Below are positions 1-13,400 of a stretch of 64,000 bases of DNA, one piece after another (positions within the stretch are counted from its first letter, which is position 1; each line of letters opens with the position of its first letter). The position numbers and the translations under genes were made by a program. Below the pieces are notes generated by a model. That model ran no database searches. It saw only the letters and a list, made by a program, of their open reading frames with translations, and was not told the origin of the DNA. Origin of the DNA: the human T2T-CHM13v2.0 reference genome, Homo sapiens; assembly GCF_009914755.1 (NCBI RefSeq), contig NC_060946.1. One strand, written 5' to 3'.

Positions 1-132
1 TTGAGGCGATCCTAAAGAGGCCTGCCAGGAGGAGTGATATGGACAGACCAGAAGGGCCAGGTGAAGAGGGCCCCGGAGAAGCTGCGGCCTCAGGCTCTGG
101 GCTAGAAAAGCCTCCAAAGGACCAGCCCCAGG
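1..132 (+). CDS. ISX: ISX coding exon (5'-partial; true start codon is upstream of the window)
   Basis: Open frame (I)EAILKRPARRSDMDRPEGPGEEGPGEAAASGSGLEKPPKDQPQ, ending at a canonical donor G|GTAAGT (intron starts 133, phase 1). It joins in frame to the homeobox exon at 15326 and matches the ISX N-terminal region as I recognise it. Confidence 0.93.
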
Positions 133-2699
133 GTAAGTGTCTTCTGATCATTTCTTTCTGTTTCCTGGTCTCCAAGACCCAGCTGGGCTCAGGCAGAGAA
201 AAAGCTTCTCCGTCCATATTAACTGGATAGAGGACTCTAAAATTCAGAGCAAGACCTGGCTCTGGGCTGGTTTCCTGATATACCTTTCAATCTAACCCAA
301 AACTGTGCTTTTCAGCTTCAGACACCAAGGCTCAGTTAGTTGCAGAATGCAGGGACCTGGGGCTTGTTATTGTAACCAGGCCCCGGCTAAGAATGCTAGT
401 TACCATTTATTCAGCATTGACAATGTCATAGGCATTCTCTTTTAATTTCAGTAGAAAAGCATGATTATCATAACTGGACAGATAAGAAAACTCATCTGTG
501 AAAGAGAAGAGGAGGATAATGTCCCCAAGTTACACAGCTGGTAAACAGAAGCCCCGCTATCAGGACCTGGCTCTGACTCCCCCAAATCCCTGCTGGGCCC
601 AGCACAGTCTCCTCCTCATAAGCCAAGTTCAGTCTGCACAACTTCCAGGGGCTGAAGCTTTGCCCAGGGGCCGAAGCTTTGGCTTGGGAAAAGTCTGTCC
701 ACCCTGATCACCTTCCCCAAGCCAGTGGCCACCCCAAGGCATGTCCCCAGATAACAGTGACCAGGTAGATCGAGAGCTGGCTTGAGGAAGGGAGGAAAGC
801 CGCACTGGGGCATTGGTGTGGACGCACACACCTGCTAACAGTCAGGAACCCAGGATGTGAGTCTTAGCTCTACCTTGGCCTGCTATGTGACCTCAGAAAA
901 GTCCCTGTCCACTGCAGCCTCAGGTTTATTCTCAGCAAAACACCTGGGTGAAGGAATAAGAAATGGTGAAGCTGGCGATGTCTCAAGGGCCTTGTCAGTC
1001 TGACTGTCACTGAGCCTGGAATATCTCACATGAGGTTCTCAGTTCTCTCCCCTTTTCACCCCTTTTAATCCCAGAAAATGCTGGAAAGGAAGCTCAGGGA
1101 GCCCTTAATGTCATTACCTGCCATAAATAGAGCTCCACATCCCCACCAACGAGGCAAGTCTCCCATGGAGGGAGCTGATGAGGGGTCGCACTCAGCTGCA
1201 GGCATGAGGAAGACCAGGAGGGCTGTGTGTCTGCAGGCAGGAAGGAGCCTGGTGTGTTTCCCTATAGCTGAGTTTTCCAAAGGGAAAGGGTCTCTAGCTT
1301 AATTTTTGGAAGTTCATTAATATCTTCCAGTCCATTAAAGATTCATAGGAACATTTCCATTGGGGTCCTGAGTCTCTCCTCCTGCAGTTGTACAAATCTA
1401 TGATCACCCTGTGTCATGAGAGAGAGGTCTCGCTTTTCCTACCAGAGAAGCTTCCCTTCCCCTAGCCCGATGACGGCAGGCTTCAGAAAGGAAACCACTC
1501 TTTCTAGGCCTCCACGGAAGATTCTGGCATGTTCCGTGTCAGCTATCCATCTGGTCCCAGAACAGACCCCAGTAAGTGCTGACCAGACTAGCGGTGGTGA
1601 CATCGGATGGTGGTATATTCCTTCCACAGCACTTTTGTGGCCATTTTCCCATCTCACTGTCACACTTGGGAGCCCAACTTACAGATGATGAAACCAAGAA
1701 GAGAAGATAAATCCCCCACAAAAACTATGTGAGTAATGAGCACTAGAATTGAACCCTGGTGGCCTTAGACCATCTACTCTAGATTATTCCTGAACTTAGT
1801 TTAAATCCATCCGTCTCCCACTATGCTGGAATTCGGCATTTCTGAAAGCTTGGAGAGGGTCCCACTGGCGGCTCTCAAGATGACCTTGGTGGGTATGTAG
1901 ATAAAGATGATCTAGCTCAATAGTCCTGTAATTACTTTTATACTAACCTTGTATTTATGATGAAAGACACTGTTATCTGTGTATGATCATGATATAAGGT
2001 ATTATTTTAAAATACATTTATTATTTGAGTCAAACACAAAAGTCTATTTGGGAAAATGCTAAACAAATAATACAGATGGGATATGAACTTGCCAGAAACT
2101 ATATAAAAGAAACCTGCAGAAATTGCAAATGAGCTGGAGTCTCTGAAACACACTGGGTGAGAAGGGCAGGGTTTCAGGAAACCTACCCTCTAAGCCCAGA
2201 TCTGGCCCCAGTGCACGGGAGGACCTCAAGCCAGTCACTTCCCTCTCTGGCCTCAATCTCCCCACCTGTAACATGAAAGAGCAGGGCTAGAATATTCATA
2301 AGGTCTCTCCCAGCTCTGACATGCCATGACCAACTTAACAACAAATTAGTTGCTGAAAAACCTTGCAGGATTCCCTTGTGGTGATTTTCCACTGTAGAAT
2401 CTTTCTCCCTGGGGAAAGGATGGTCATGATCCCAGGCAGGGCAGGAGCAGAGAGACTGGAAGGCCTCTCCCTACCCTCACAGGAGCCCTCATGCCCAGGC
2501 CTGTGCTTACTGCTGCTGGCTGATGCTTCTCTACTTCCCTGTTTTACGTCCCTCCTTTTGTGCAGGACCCCTCAGCAGAGAGCAACAGGAGCAGAAACAG
2601 CAACACCCTCTCCTGCCCCAAGAATAATGATAGAGGAATAAGTTCCTCTTTGTCTCCACTTAACATTTAAAAGGCTTCCTAGACTGGCTCACAGACAAC

Positions 2700-2850
2700 C
2701 CTTGCCATCTCACCTAGGGATCTTATTAAAATGCAGCCTGTCAGGCCCAGCAACCAAGACTCTGACTCTAAGTGAAAAGGCCCAGGAATCTGCATTCTAA
2801 CAAGCTCTCCCAAATGATTCTGATGTTGGTGGCCCAAGGAAGTGGTCCTT
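2700..2850. mobile_element. MER5-like hAT-Charlie DNA transposon fragment
   Basis: cttattaaaatgcag...ggcccaggaatctgcattctaacaagctctcccaaatgattctgatg resembles the MER5 core. Confidence 0.7.
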
Positions 2851-3644
2851 AGAGGAAGCTGAGACTCAATAAGGTGAAGTGGTTTCTTCCAAGCTACAGA
2901 GCCAGTACATGCAAGAGATGGGGCCAGGCTAGTTATCTGGGCTCCAAGGCTAGTGTAGTGCTCTACTGTCCTCATTTCTCATGGTAGGGACCAAGGTCCC
3001 CCCTGACATCTTCCCATTCCTGCAGGGACCTTCATGATCTATAGGTTGGACCCTCCCAGGTCTTAAAAGTCAATGGGAAAATCCAAGAGGACTTCTTTAT
3101 CTGAAAAGATTCTACACCCAGCCTCCTGCTCTCTCCTCCAAGGAGAGGGAAGCCCTCCAAAACTCAGGACCCTCCAAAGTTAAGGGAGACCCAGTCAGGA
3201 GGAAGCCTCTTTATACTGAAAGCTCAGATCCTGGGAAGAGAGAGAGGGAGACCATCTTTGCATCTCTACCACTGATAATCCTTTGTGGGGAAATCATAGG
3301 CCCCAGGCGAAAGGTGATAGAAAATTGACAAGGAAGACAGACCACCCCAGTGGGTAAACCAGTATGGACTGCCTGGCCTGTGGGGAACCCAGGTATCTTC
3401 CCTTGCCTGCTCACCATCTATTCATTCAGTCAGTGACTAATCACTGAGTGCTTACTCTGGGCCAGGCTGGGGGCTGGGGAGGTGAAGGTGAATAAAACAA
3501 GATGCAGTGACTACTCACCTGGAGGGGGATGGAAGTCCCTGGCAGTGCCACCTTGGGGCAGTGCTGCCTTCTGCCCATCTTGTCTGATGGAGCTGGCCAG
3601 GGGCATGGTAGAATTCTTGGCATTTGAGAAGCATCCTGTAGCAA

Positions 3645-3860
3645 GGGACAGCAATGTTTTTCTGCAAAGGAACAGATGGTAATTTTAAGCTTTGATGGTC
3701 AGATGGTCTCTGTCACAATTACGCAACTCTTCTATCACAGCTGAAACTCATCTGTAGACAATGTGTAAATAAATGGGTAGGCTTATGTTCCAATAAAACT
3801 TTATATACAAAAACAGGGGTCAGGCCAGATTTGGCCCTCATGCTGCAGTTCATCAAGGAC
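3645..3860 (+). mobile_element. MER58A-like hAT DNA transposon
   Basis: ttttctgcaaagg..cagatggtaa...tgttccaataaaactttat...ggccagatttggcc. Confidence 0.75.
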
Positions 3861-4088
3861 ATGACCCTGACACATTAGTGTGGCACTCAAAGTCCTTCCC
3901 AGACTGGCCCTGTTCATCCCAGGCTCACCTCCCATCACACCCTCCCCGGCCCTGTCTACCTTCGAGGTGCAGGCAGCTCCTCTCCAAATTCCAAACCTTT
4001 CTTGCCCTTTAAATGCTTTGGTGTCTTTGCCATTTAGAAACCACTGCTCCTCCTGCCACCTCTTCCTCTTCTTTCCCCTCTTCCTCCC

Positions 4089-4465
4089 TGTATTAATTTT
4101 CTATGGCTGTTGTAACAAATTACCACAACCTGAGTGGCTTAAAACACAGAAATGTATTCTCCTACCATTCAGAAAGCCAGAAGTCTGAAATCCAGGTATT
4201 GGCAGAGATAGCTCCTTCTGGAGGCTCCAAGGGAAAATCTGATCCATGCCTCTCTCGTAGTTTCTGGTGGTTCCAGCAACCCTTATTCTTCTTTGACTTG
4301 TAGACGCATCACTCCACTTTGCCTCCATCTTCTCACAGCCTTGCCGTGTGTGTTTGTGTGTAATGTCCCTTTCTCTTATAAGGACACCTGTCATTGGATT
4401 TAGGGCCCACCCTAAATCAGCAATGATCTTATGCCCAGAGCCTTAATTATATCTACAAAGACTAT
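4089..4465 (-). mobile_element. MLT1 (MaLR) solo LTR
   Basis: tgtattaattttctatggctgttgtaacaaattaccacaacctgagtggcttaaaac...cattggatttagggcccaccctaa. Confidence 0.8.
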
Positions 4466-5564
4466 TTGGAGCAAAATTCCTGGCAAAGACAGATCAACAA
4501 CTGTCAGCTCCCAGTCGGAGAGAAAGGGCCTCTTCAGTGCTATCTCAGGAGACTGGGAGAAGCAGCAGAAAGGACCCCACAAGAAAGGGAGAGGTACCCT
4601 GGGTCAGGCGCCTCTGGAGAGAGGGTCCTTTTCCTTCCCTGTTCCTCACTTCTTTCTCCTCTCCTCCTCCCTCACTTCTCCCTCCTTTCCGTAGCCCTCC
4701 TCCTCCCCTGAACTACCTGAAATCAAAGACAGCTGCTCTGCTATGGGAACTGGGAGAGGCAGCCCTGGTTTGAGGCTGTGACTAAGGCCTGTGTGTATCT
4801 CATCACCTGGTGATTAACAGCTCTGGCTCTTACCCAGGTAGACCCAGGAGCTCCCATCAGAGCAGACGAGAACAGGGCAAAAGGATGTGGAGTTAAAAAC
4901 AGGCACTTCCTCAAGAGAAGTGTGCTTTGGTCTTCCTCCAATGGACTCCATCTCTTAGTTCCTGGCACCAGAGCTATGGGGACCTTCCTACAGGGATACC
5001 TGGAGACTGGTTCTAGAATTGAGAACCTGGCTCAGTCTCAGGCCCTGTGGGAGCACAAGAAAGTACAAGGCATGGCCCCTACCTGCAAAAAAGAGCACGG
5101 TATTAGTGTGGGGTCCCCCAAAAAAGCAGACCCTAAAGAAAGGATCTGAGCACAAGTAGTTGATATGGGACATGCAAGGAAGTAGTGGAATAATACAAGG
5201 AAGGGGAGGCAATGAATAAAGCATGTGTTATTAAACCAGTGGCCCCTATGAGTAACTGAAGCTCAAATCCTTTGGGAAATGGAGCAAACATACTCCCTAG
5301 AATTATCCAAAGATTTGATCCCTAAAGACAAACCCTGGCAGTAAGAAGTAGATATGGAGCATGGAAAGGTCTGGGTGATACAAGCCAGCCACTGACAACA
5401 TCAACTACAATCATAGGGCCCAGAATGTCAGAGCTAGGAGAAATCCAAATGGGCAGAGGAGGAGGCTTAAAACATTGGCTATAATTTAAGTTTGATTTAT
5501 CCACTGTATTATTTATCCAGACAGGCAACAAATAGCCACTGAATATCTACTGCGTGCCAGGCAT

Positions 5565-6085
5565 ACCTATTGCACAACAAATCATCCCAAAACTTAGTGG
5601 CTTAAAATAATAAATATTTATTATCTCACTCAGTTTTGTGGATCAGGAATTTGGGAGTAACTTAACTGGGTGGTTCTGGCTCAGGGTCCCTCATAAGATT
5701 GCAGTAATGATGTTATTTGGGGTTGCAGTCGTCTGGAGGCTGGACTGGAATAAAAGATTTATGTCCACGGTGGTTCACTTGCATGGCTAGTGAGCTGGTA
5801 ACAGCCACTGGTGGGAGGACCCAGTTCTTCCCTATATAGGGCCCTCCACATGCTGCTTGAGTGTCCTCACAAAATGACAGATAGCCTTTCTCAAAGTAAA
5901 CAGTCCTCGAGGGACAGCCAAGTGGAAGCAGCTTCCTTTTAGGACTTAGCCTGAGAAATTACATCACATCACTTTCACTGCATTTCATTCATTAGAAATG
6001 AGTCACCAAGCTGGGCCCACTTAAGGAGAATTTGAGAGGAGGAGTGTCCATGAAGTTGCAAACCCATCTGACAGCCACTACGGTA
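5565..6085 (-). mobile_element. MLT1 (MLT1F-like) MaLR LTR
   Basis: acaaatcatcccaaaacttagtggcttaaaataataaatatttattatctcactcagttttgtggatcaggaatttggg. Confidence 0.7.
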
Positions 6086-6114
6086 CTGAGTTGGGTGCTG
6101 GAGATGGTGTAGAG

Positions 6115-6330
6115 CAGTGGTCCCCAAACCTTTTTGGCCGGTTTTATGGAAGATGATTTTTCCATGGACGGTGGGTGGGGAAATGGTTTCAGGATGATTC
6201 CAGCACATAACATTTATTGTGTACTTTATTCCTATTATTATTCATACTCACCATAATGTAGAATCAATGGGATCCCTGAGTTGGTTTTTCCTAGGAGAAT
6301 CTAATGCTGCCACTGATCTGACAGCAGGTG
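6115..6330 (+). mobile_element. MER1-like hAT-Charlie fragment
   Basis: cagtggtccccaaacctttttggc...gatgattccagcacataacatttattgtgtactttatt...tgctgccactgatctgacag. Confidence 0.75.
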
Positions 6331-7674
6331 AGACAAATAACCATCACATAATCACAAATGAAAGTACAATTACAATTGTGGCAAGTGCTGGGGAGATGGT
6401 GACTTGGTACTCCAAGGGACTATTCCATGGGAGTTTGGTCTGCCACGGAGGTCAGAAAATGCTTCCCAGAGAAGCTGTGGTCGGTCTGTAATCTGAAGAC
6501 TGAGTAGGGTCGAAGGGAGGGCATTCCACATGGAGGGAGCCCCATGGACAAGGGCCTGTTAATAGGTGATGTCCAAGGACACAATTTGAGGTCTAGGAGC
6601 CAGAAAGGAGCCAGCCCACGCTGGCCTTGTAGGCTATGGTAGAGATTTTTATTTTTGCTTTGTATTCCTAGGGGAATGAAGAACCATTTTCAAATTTTTG
6701 ACAGGAAAGTGTACAGTGATCAGTATTAATGAGAGCTATTTGGTTCCAATTGACAAAAATTATCTTAGGCTAGCTAAAATGGAGAGGGACATGTATTGCC
6801 TTGGAGAAAATTAAGAAATCACTTCCCAGACTAAGCCAGGTGAAGGGCAGAATGATAAGCAACCTTCAGCCGTGATGGGATCCAGAACCAATAATGTCAT
6901 CAAGTCTCTGCAGCTGTTTCTCTCTGCATGTGAGCTCACCTCTTTCTTGCTGCTAATTGGCATTCTCCTAATAGCTTCCAATAGCTCCAAGAGTTACATC
7001 AGCCTCCAGTGACATCCTCAAGCTCTCTAAAATCCCATGTTCAAAAGCCCCAGAGGAGGGACACCCATTGGCTGAGCTTGAGTGAGATGTCCACCTCCAA
7101 ACCAGTCAACTGAGACCAGAGGGTGTGGCTGGAGCAGCTGTGTGTGCTTGGGCCTTGTCTGGAGTCTTCATCTTGCTGTTCCCCTTCTACTTCACTGTTC
7201 CATGCTGGAATGATGGTTCCTTATTTCAGGACCCTTAGAACTCTTTGTACATCATTTTAGTCTCCATATATGGAACCCTCAAGTTTCTTTATCAGTAGTG
7301 TGTTGCTAAAGAGGTTTCCTCCCCACTCCTTGTAAGGAGGCAGTTGTTAATAATTTGTTGGCAAGAAATGTCTATTCCTCCTGTTTGCAAAGCCCTGTGG
7401 CTTTGTAGATCTCTAATCTGGGCATTCTGCACTTTTGCCACCTTGGTCGGCCTTCTGTAGGTATTTAAGTAAAGAGAACAATTAAATTCCTCCTTAGTTC
7501 TTGGCAAGAAGGATAACTAAACATGGATTTCCCCATTGAACAGGAACAAGTTCTAGGACACTTCCTGTGTCACATCTTGAAACATCCCCTGACTGCACAG
7601 CTTGTGTTGTCTGATTATTCCCCTGCATCAACACAGTATAGATTGGAGAGGAAGTGGAGAGGGTCTGAAGCATA

Positions 7675-7733
7675 AACACACACGTGCACACACACACACA
7701 TGCATGCACGCTACACACGCACGCATGCACACA
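7675..7733. repeat. Imperfect (CA)n/RY microsatellite
   Basis: acacacacgtgcacacacacacacatgcatgcacgctacacacgcacgcatgcacaca. Confidence 0.85.
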
Positions 7734-10427
7734 ACTTCCCAGCAAGGAAGGGAGTTAGAAATGTTGAAATATTATAGCACATGAAATCAACCCACTGCTA
7801 CCCTGTCCCAATAATCTGTGCCCATGCTTCATGTTTAATCTCACCAGACCTAAATGCATTGTCATTAGTCACATTGTCATAATACAAATACGATATACAA
7901 ACCTAACAAAGTGCTTTAGAACACAGAATAGGCAATAATGAACTCTGCATAACACCATCAGAGACAGCCCTTCAGAGAAGTAGTGGCTTTTGAGATGGAG
8001 TCAGGCAGAGAAGGGGACAGGACATGCCAGGAAAAGGAAAGCCTGTGAAGCACCCAAGAGGTATAAAAAGGAATAATCCTTTGAGAAACAACAAAATTGA
8101 GTGGCTGGAGTCTAAAATTCATGGAGCATAGTCACAAGAGATGAAAGAGGTAAGGTAGACAGAAGGTCAGGTGTGTCAAGCCAAGAACTTTGGCCTTTAT
8201 ATATGCACATCAGCATTTTTTAAGCCTTAGATTTTAAAATGTTTTGGGAACTTCAGGCTTTCATTGAGATGCATGACCAGAGCTGCCTTGGATGAAGGGA
8301 AGATGGAGTGGGCCCCACACACACTCCAATAAAGGAGCTCTACTGCTGTTTGTTTTGTAGGGTTTCCTTATGATTTCCTTTAAACAAAGGGTACAGTTGC
8401 TTTAAAATAAAAAAAGGAAGAAACAAAAATTTTTTTAAATACGTAAGCAAAAAGTATGGGTGAGTGTGGGTATGTGTGGGTGTGTGGTGGGGAGAGTACA
8501 CATGCTAAAATTCATACATACAAAATATTATGAAAGTGAGACCACAGGTATGGAAGATGCAAGCTTCACACTGCCTAGAGAGTGCTAAGCCAGTCACCCC
8601 GGGGAGTGGCACTCACTTTCTGGTGAGTTTCTCAAGGGTCTCCTCCTAATTGTTCCAGTGATTTCTTTATTCTCATCTCTTTCCACCTTGCTGTTTTATT
8701 TCATTATTTATTTACACAAGAAGTTCCTGTGTGTTACAGAAAAACAGAAAATACAGATAAAAAGGTAAAAGAAATGTGACTATAATTCTACCATCTCATC
8801 ATCCAGTAATAATCACTACAGATATTTTGATTGATTGACTCATAGAGACTCATAGAAAATTTTTTTTTACAAATATGGAAGCCAGTTTGTTGTAAGCTGA
8901 AATTTCACACTCTTAAATTAAAAAAAAAAATACCTATTGTGTTTCAACCAGGAGATTCACAACAGACCTCATAAAGAAATATTTGATTGATTTGAGCTTT
9001 GACGGATGAGTAGGAGTTCACCAGGCAAAGGAGGAGGACAAGGAATTCCAGACTCAGGGAGCGCAGAACAAGGACCTGGAAAATAAAAGTGCATAGCTGA
9101 TTTGGGGAATCTGGAAATGGTCAGGTGGGACTAAAATTATGGAAATGACAACTGAGGGAAAGCAGATGATGCTAGAAAGATGGAATGGGAAAGGCCTTGA
9201 ACGCCATGCTAAGGAGCTTGCCTTGTTCCCTGTGGGCACAGGGAGCCAAAGAAAGTCTGTGGCCTGACTAGCGAAATGAGGCCAGCGCAGGTGGGCCATG
9301 GGGAGACTCCTGCCCCGCACCCCACCTTCGTGTGTCAGGAGGTGTCCCCAGCCTACAGGAGGGCTGCAAAGGGGGCCCTGGGTGTCCTCCATGGTGAACC
9401 CACTGTTTTCAGAAGACAAGGATGAGGCCCATTTCCAGAGACTGCCCAGCGGCAAAGTCCCCCGGGCCTTTAGCTGCTCAACCAGGACCAATTAGCAGAC
9501 CCCAGAGAAGAAGCAATCAGGGGAGGGTGCTGAGCGAGGAGAAACATCAGTTTATAATTAAGTGGCCTAATCACCTGTGTAAATTGTGTATTTCTTATGA
9601 TCGATGTGCTAAATGGCTCAGGTTTAATTAAGTTCTGCTGATTCATTCTCTTTGAAGACCTATTAAAGTGTGAGTCACAGCTTGCACCATTAACAACGGG
9701 GAGAGGAGCAACTTGAAAAGGGTGGCAGTTCCCTGCTGCCTCCATCCCCCTCCACTGTTGTCCCCACATGCCCACTCCCTAGGTAGGCTGGGCTTTGACC
9801 ACCTGCTTCTCGGCTTCTCTGCCCAGAACCTGGTAGGGAGATGCTGGGCTGGATGGGAACCCAAGGGTTTTCTCACTCCTGATCCAGTTCTCCTTCCAGG
9901 ATGATCCATGCTGCCTCAGAAGTGTCCCCTCTTAGCAGGGACCCAGAACACCCTGGTTTCTCCTGGTGATTGAGAATCCTATCCTATGCATGGGCCAGGG
10001 CCTTCAATGAGCTTGTATTTTCCAGCCTCTTGTCTAATAACGAGTTTCCAAAATTCTACATGCTGAACTGCATTCTACCTTCTTCTCTGTTCCATATTAT
10101 GCTTTTCTGCCTTCTCCCACCTTGTTCCCTTATTTGTAACTCTCTGTGGTCTGTAACCCAAGCATCAGCTTTCCTGGCAACCCCTCACAGCCTCCTCTTT
10201 TCCTGTAGGAAAGTTGAAGTGCTGACCTTCATCATTCCTGAGCTGCCCCCTTGGACACTGCTCTAACCTCATTTCCATGACTCCAGGCTGAATTCTATCT
10301 GTCTCTCCCAACACTGCTCTTGGCCTTCTGATTGGGTCTTTCCAGTCATAATTCCTCACCAGTATGAATTTTAGGCACCCCTCCTTATTCCAAGAGAGGC
10401 CACTAAAACTGTGAGACACAAGCACAA

Positions 10428-10448
10428 CATCATCATCATCATCATCAT
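10428..10448. repeat. (CAT)7 microsatellite
   Basis: Seven perfect CAT units. Confidence 0.95.
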
Positions 10449-13400
10449 CACCTCTCAAGGACAAACATTTATCCTGAGAATGTGTAGTTCAAAGCTAATG
10501 AGAAAACATATTTTTCTCACCAGGCTATGACTTGGCAGGCAGCCCCTCCCCCATGAAGTCAGCAGTCAGGTTGTTTTGCAGAGCAGAGTTCAGATCCTTT
10601 CCTTCTTCACCCCACCTCTAAATTACCTTCTTCCAGTACTCTTGGGAACAGGAAAAAGCCATCATGTCTTAAAAGCTGCTCCTTTGGTTACACAAATGGA
10701 AGCTTTGAAATATTTATTTTATTATAGATTCTATTCTTAGTCATAAATCCTTGTTCACCTGAGTTTCCTTCTGGGGTAAATGGAGGAGACGGCTTATTTT
10801 CGTTATGACCCGTCTTCTGTTTCTACTCCTCTGTTCTCCATATTATTTCATTTCCTGTATTCTGGTTCCACACCCCACATTCTCTCCCACAGTTCTATAG
10901 TCCCATGAAGACCTCAACTCCCTGCTGTCCTTGACACCTCAGTTTTCCAGGTCAACCTGGAATCTTCCCTTTTGTAATTTTTTTTTTTTTTTTGCAGCTT
11001 CCTACAGAACTGCACTATATCATTTACTATCATCTAATATGCTGACTGACTGAATGAATGAAGGAGTAAATCCAATACTATCAAGCATGGCTTGTTCATT
11101 TTGTACTCCTGCAGACTGGCCCTCAGTGCCTATTAGGTGCTGGTTACAGAGATGACATTCACTGAGCTCTTGGAATGAATTAACACCTGCCATTTCTCTC
11201 TACATCAATTCTGACTGACTTCAGCTATATCCCTTAAACACAACACCAGCTCTAAACATAGAATAAATATCTTTTTTTTAAAAACCCATGAAGTTAAAAA
11301 GGCAGTGTGGACTTAGGGAGGGAAGAGGGTAGAGAAGGAGAGGCAGAGATGAGGCTCTCCTACAGAGGTGGGTCACAGGCCAATAACTCACTCTAGTGGG
11401 GAGTAATGTTCAAAGCCTCACTGCCTGTGACTCCCAAGAAGCTTCCAAAAATCCACAGTGAGTGAAAGTACTTTGAAAGGATAAAAATGGATTAACAACA
11501 AAAATGAGGGCTAGTAGAAGGGAGTGAAAGCAAAAGCAAACTTGAAATCCCATTTCTACAACTGAGGCAACCGGGCCTGGTGGCTTCCCAGAGAGAAATC
11601 TCACTGGCCCTGTCCCTTTCACCAAGTAAACGCGTTCTGCAGGCAAGCCTGCGGTGAGTGCTTTTGAGCCATTCATCCTCCATCCCAGAGACGGAGGATT
11701 ACAAATGTCAGGGTGGATTTTGCCTTAGTGACCTGATCATTCAATGCCTCTCTCTCCCTCCATTCTACTGATGGGGAGACTGAGGCCCAGATAATGAATC
11801 CAGAATGTGGCACAAGTTGCATAGTGGAACCAGGAACACAGCTTGGATTTTCTGATGTCCAGCTCACTGGATTTTCTACTATCCAATGACAGCAGGATCG
11901 ATCATAAGCACCAAGAAAGAAAACAAGTTAGTTGATTTCTTCAAGTGTTAAACCCTCAGAAGTGAAATCTATTTTTCACTGAGTGTCTACTCCAATTCTT
12001 AGTATGTGATGGCTTTACCTCTCTTATTTGGGGTAAAAAGAAAGTGGGCTGAGTGGGAGTCAGAAGACCTCAGCTGGAGCTCAGACTCCCACCCCTCCTT
12101 TGTAGCAGCTTCAGCTCACGTCAGTCATCCTTTCTGATGTGTGACATCTGACATTGTACAAAGTTTTAGACGAATCCTGTGGAAGTCTTTTCTGTCCAAC
12201 AGGATTGAGAGCAGAGCCTGAATTCTACTTTTATCCATTTAAGACATATATTTGTTAAGCTCTCTCGGGGAGCCAGTTCCTCAGCTGGTCTCAGATACAG
12301 TCAGTTACAGTCCCTACTCAGATACAGTCCCCACCCTCCAGGGGCTCACAGCCTAGAGATGGATGACAGCAGACATACGAGGCTCCCTTCCCTGGGAGGC
12401 TTAGAGTTCTCTGAGCATGAGTGTAAGTGACCCTGGGACAAGAAGTACCTTGGTTCTTAATTATTTCCCAAGAGCGGTTTTTCTTACAAGGAATGTGGAA
12501 AAAATCAGGAGAGGCAAGGTGTTAGCTAGAATGGTAGGAATTCCACTGGGCCCCAAAAGTGAAGGTGATCTGGGGAGAGGGTTTGTGCCTTTTCTACAAT
12601 CCCTAAAATCACAACACAGGGACAATCTGCAGTCCAATTAAGACAAGGATTTTAATTCTGTCCTCAGAAGTCCATGGTCAGGTAAACAAACCCACTGCCA
12701 CCGGGTTTGGTCCTTCCTCCAATGTCCTCTGTTACCTGGCTCCAACCAGGAGCTACAGGCAATGCTGGTTGAGTCTCCCATTCTGCCAATGGGGCAATCT
12801 TCCTTACTCTCCATTGTGTGGCCAGGTTCAAGGACCACTTTTCTGTCCTTATCATAATTGGTCTCTCTGCAGCATGGACCCAGCTGACTGTGCCTTCTTT
12901 CAGTCCTCACTTTCCTCCTCCTTCAGAGGCCTCCCCTTCTCGGTCTCTTTGTTGCCTTCCCTACTGCTGAACCTCTACATGGTGAAGGCACCGCAAACTT
13001 GCTCCTGGGTCCTGTCCTCTTCCCCACCTACACTTTCTGCCTATGTGATACCCATTCCCATGACTACAAAGGCTAAATAGATGCTGATAGGTCCTTAATT
13101 TGAACCTCAGTCCTCAGTTCCCCTTTGAGCTCCAAACTTATCAATGCATCTTCCTATTCCATAGCTTCCTTTAGCTAGCCAATAGGCATCACACATTTAA
13201 CATGTCCAAGATGAACACCTGATTTCCCCATAATACAAACACATGAACACACACACACACACACATCTTTTGCTCAAGCCAAAACCAAATTGTTGTCCCT
13301 GGTTTATCTCAGCCAAAAGATAATCCATCAATCTCACCTGACAGCCTCTCTCCAAAATATATCCCATAATTAGCTCTACACCTCCCTGCAAACAACTTCA

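Noticed and set aside
39-230. 63-aa ORF as a standalone gene
   Set aside because: It is the ISX exon reading through the donor at 133 into the intron; the frame is open upstream of the ATG.
8837-8856. Short tandem duplications such as gactcataga x2 (also near 12290 and 33166)
   Set aside because: Ordinary slippage-scale duplications with no further structure.
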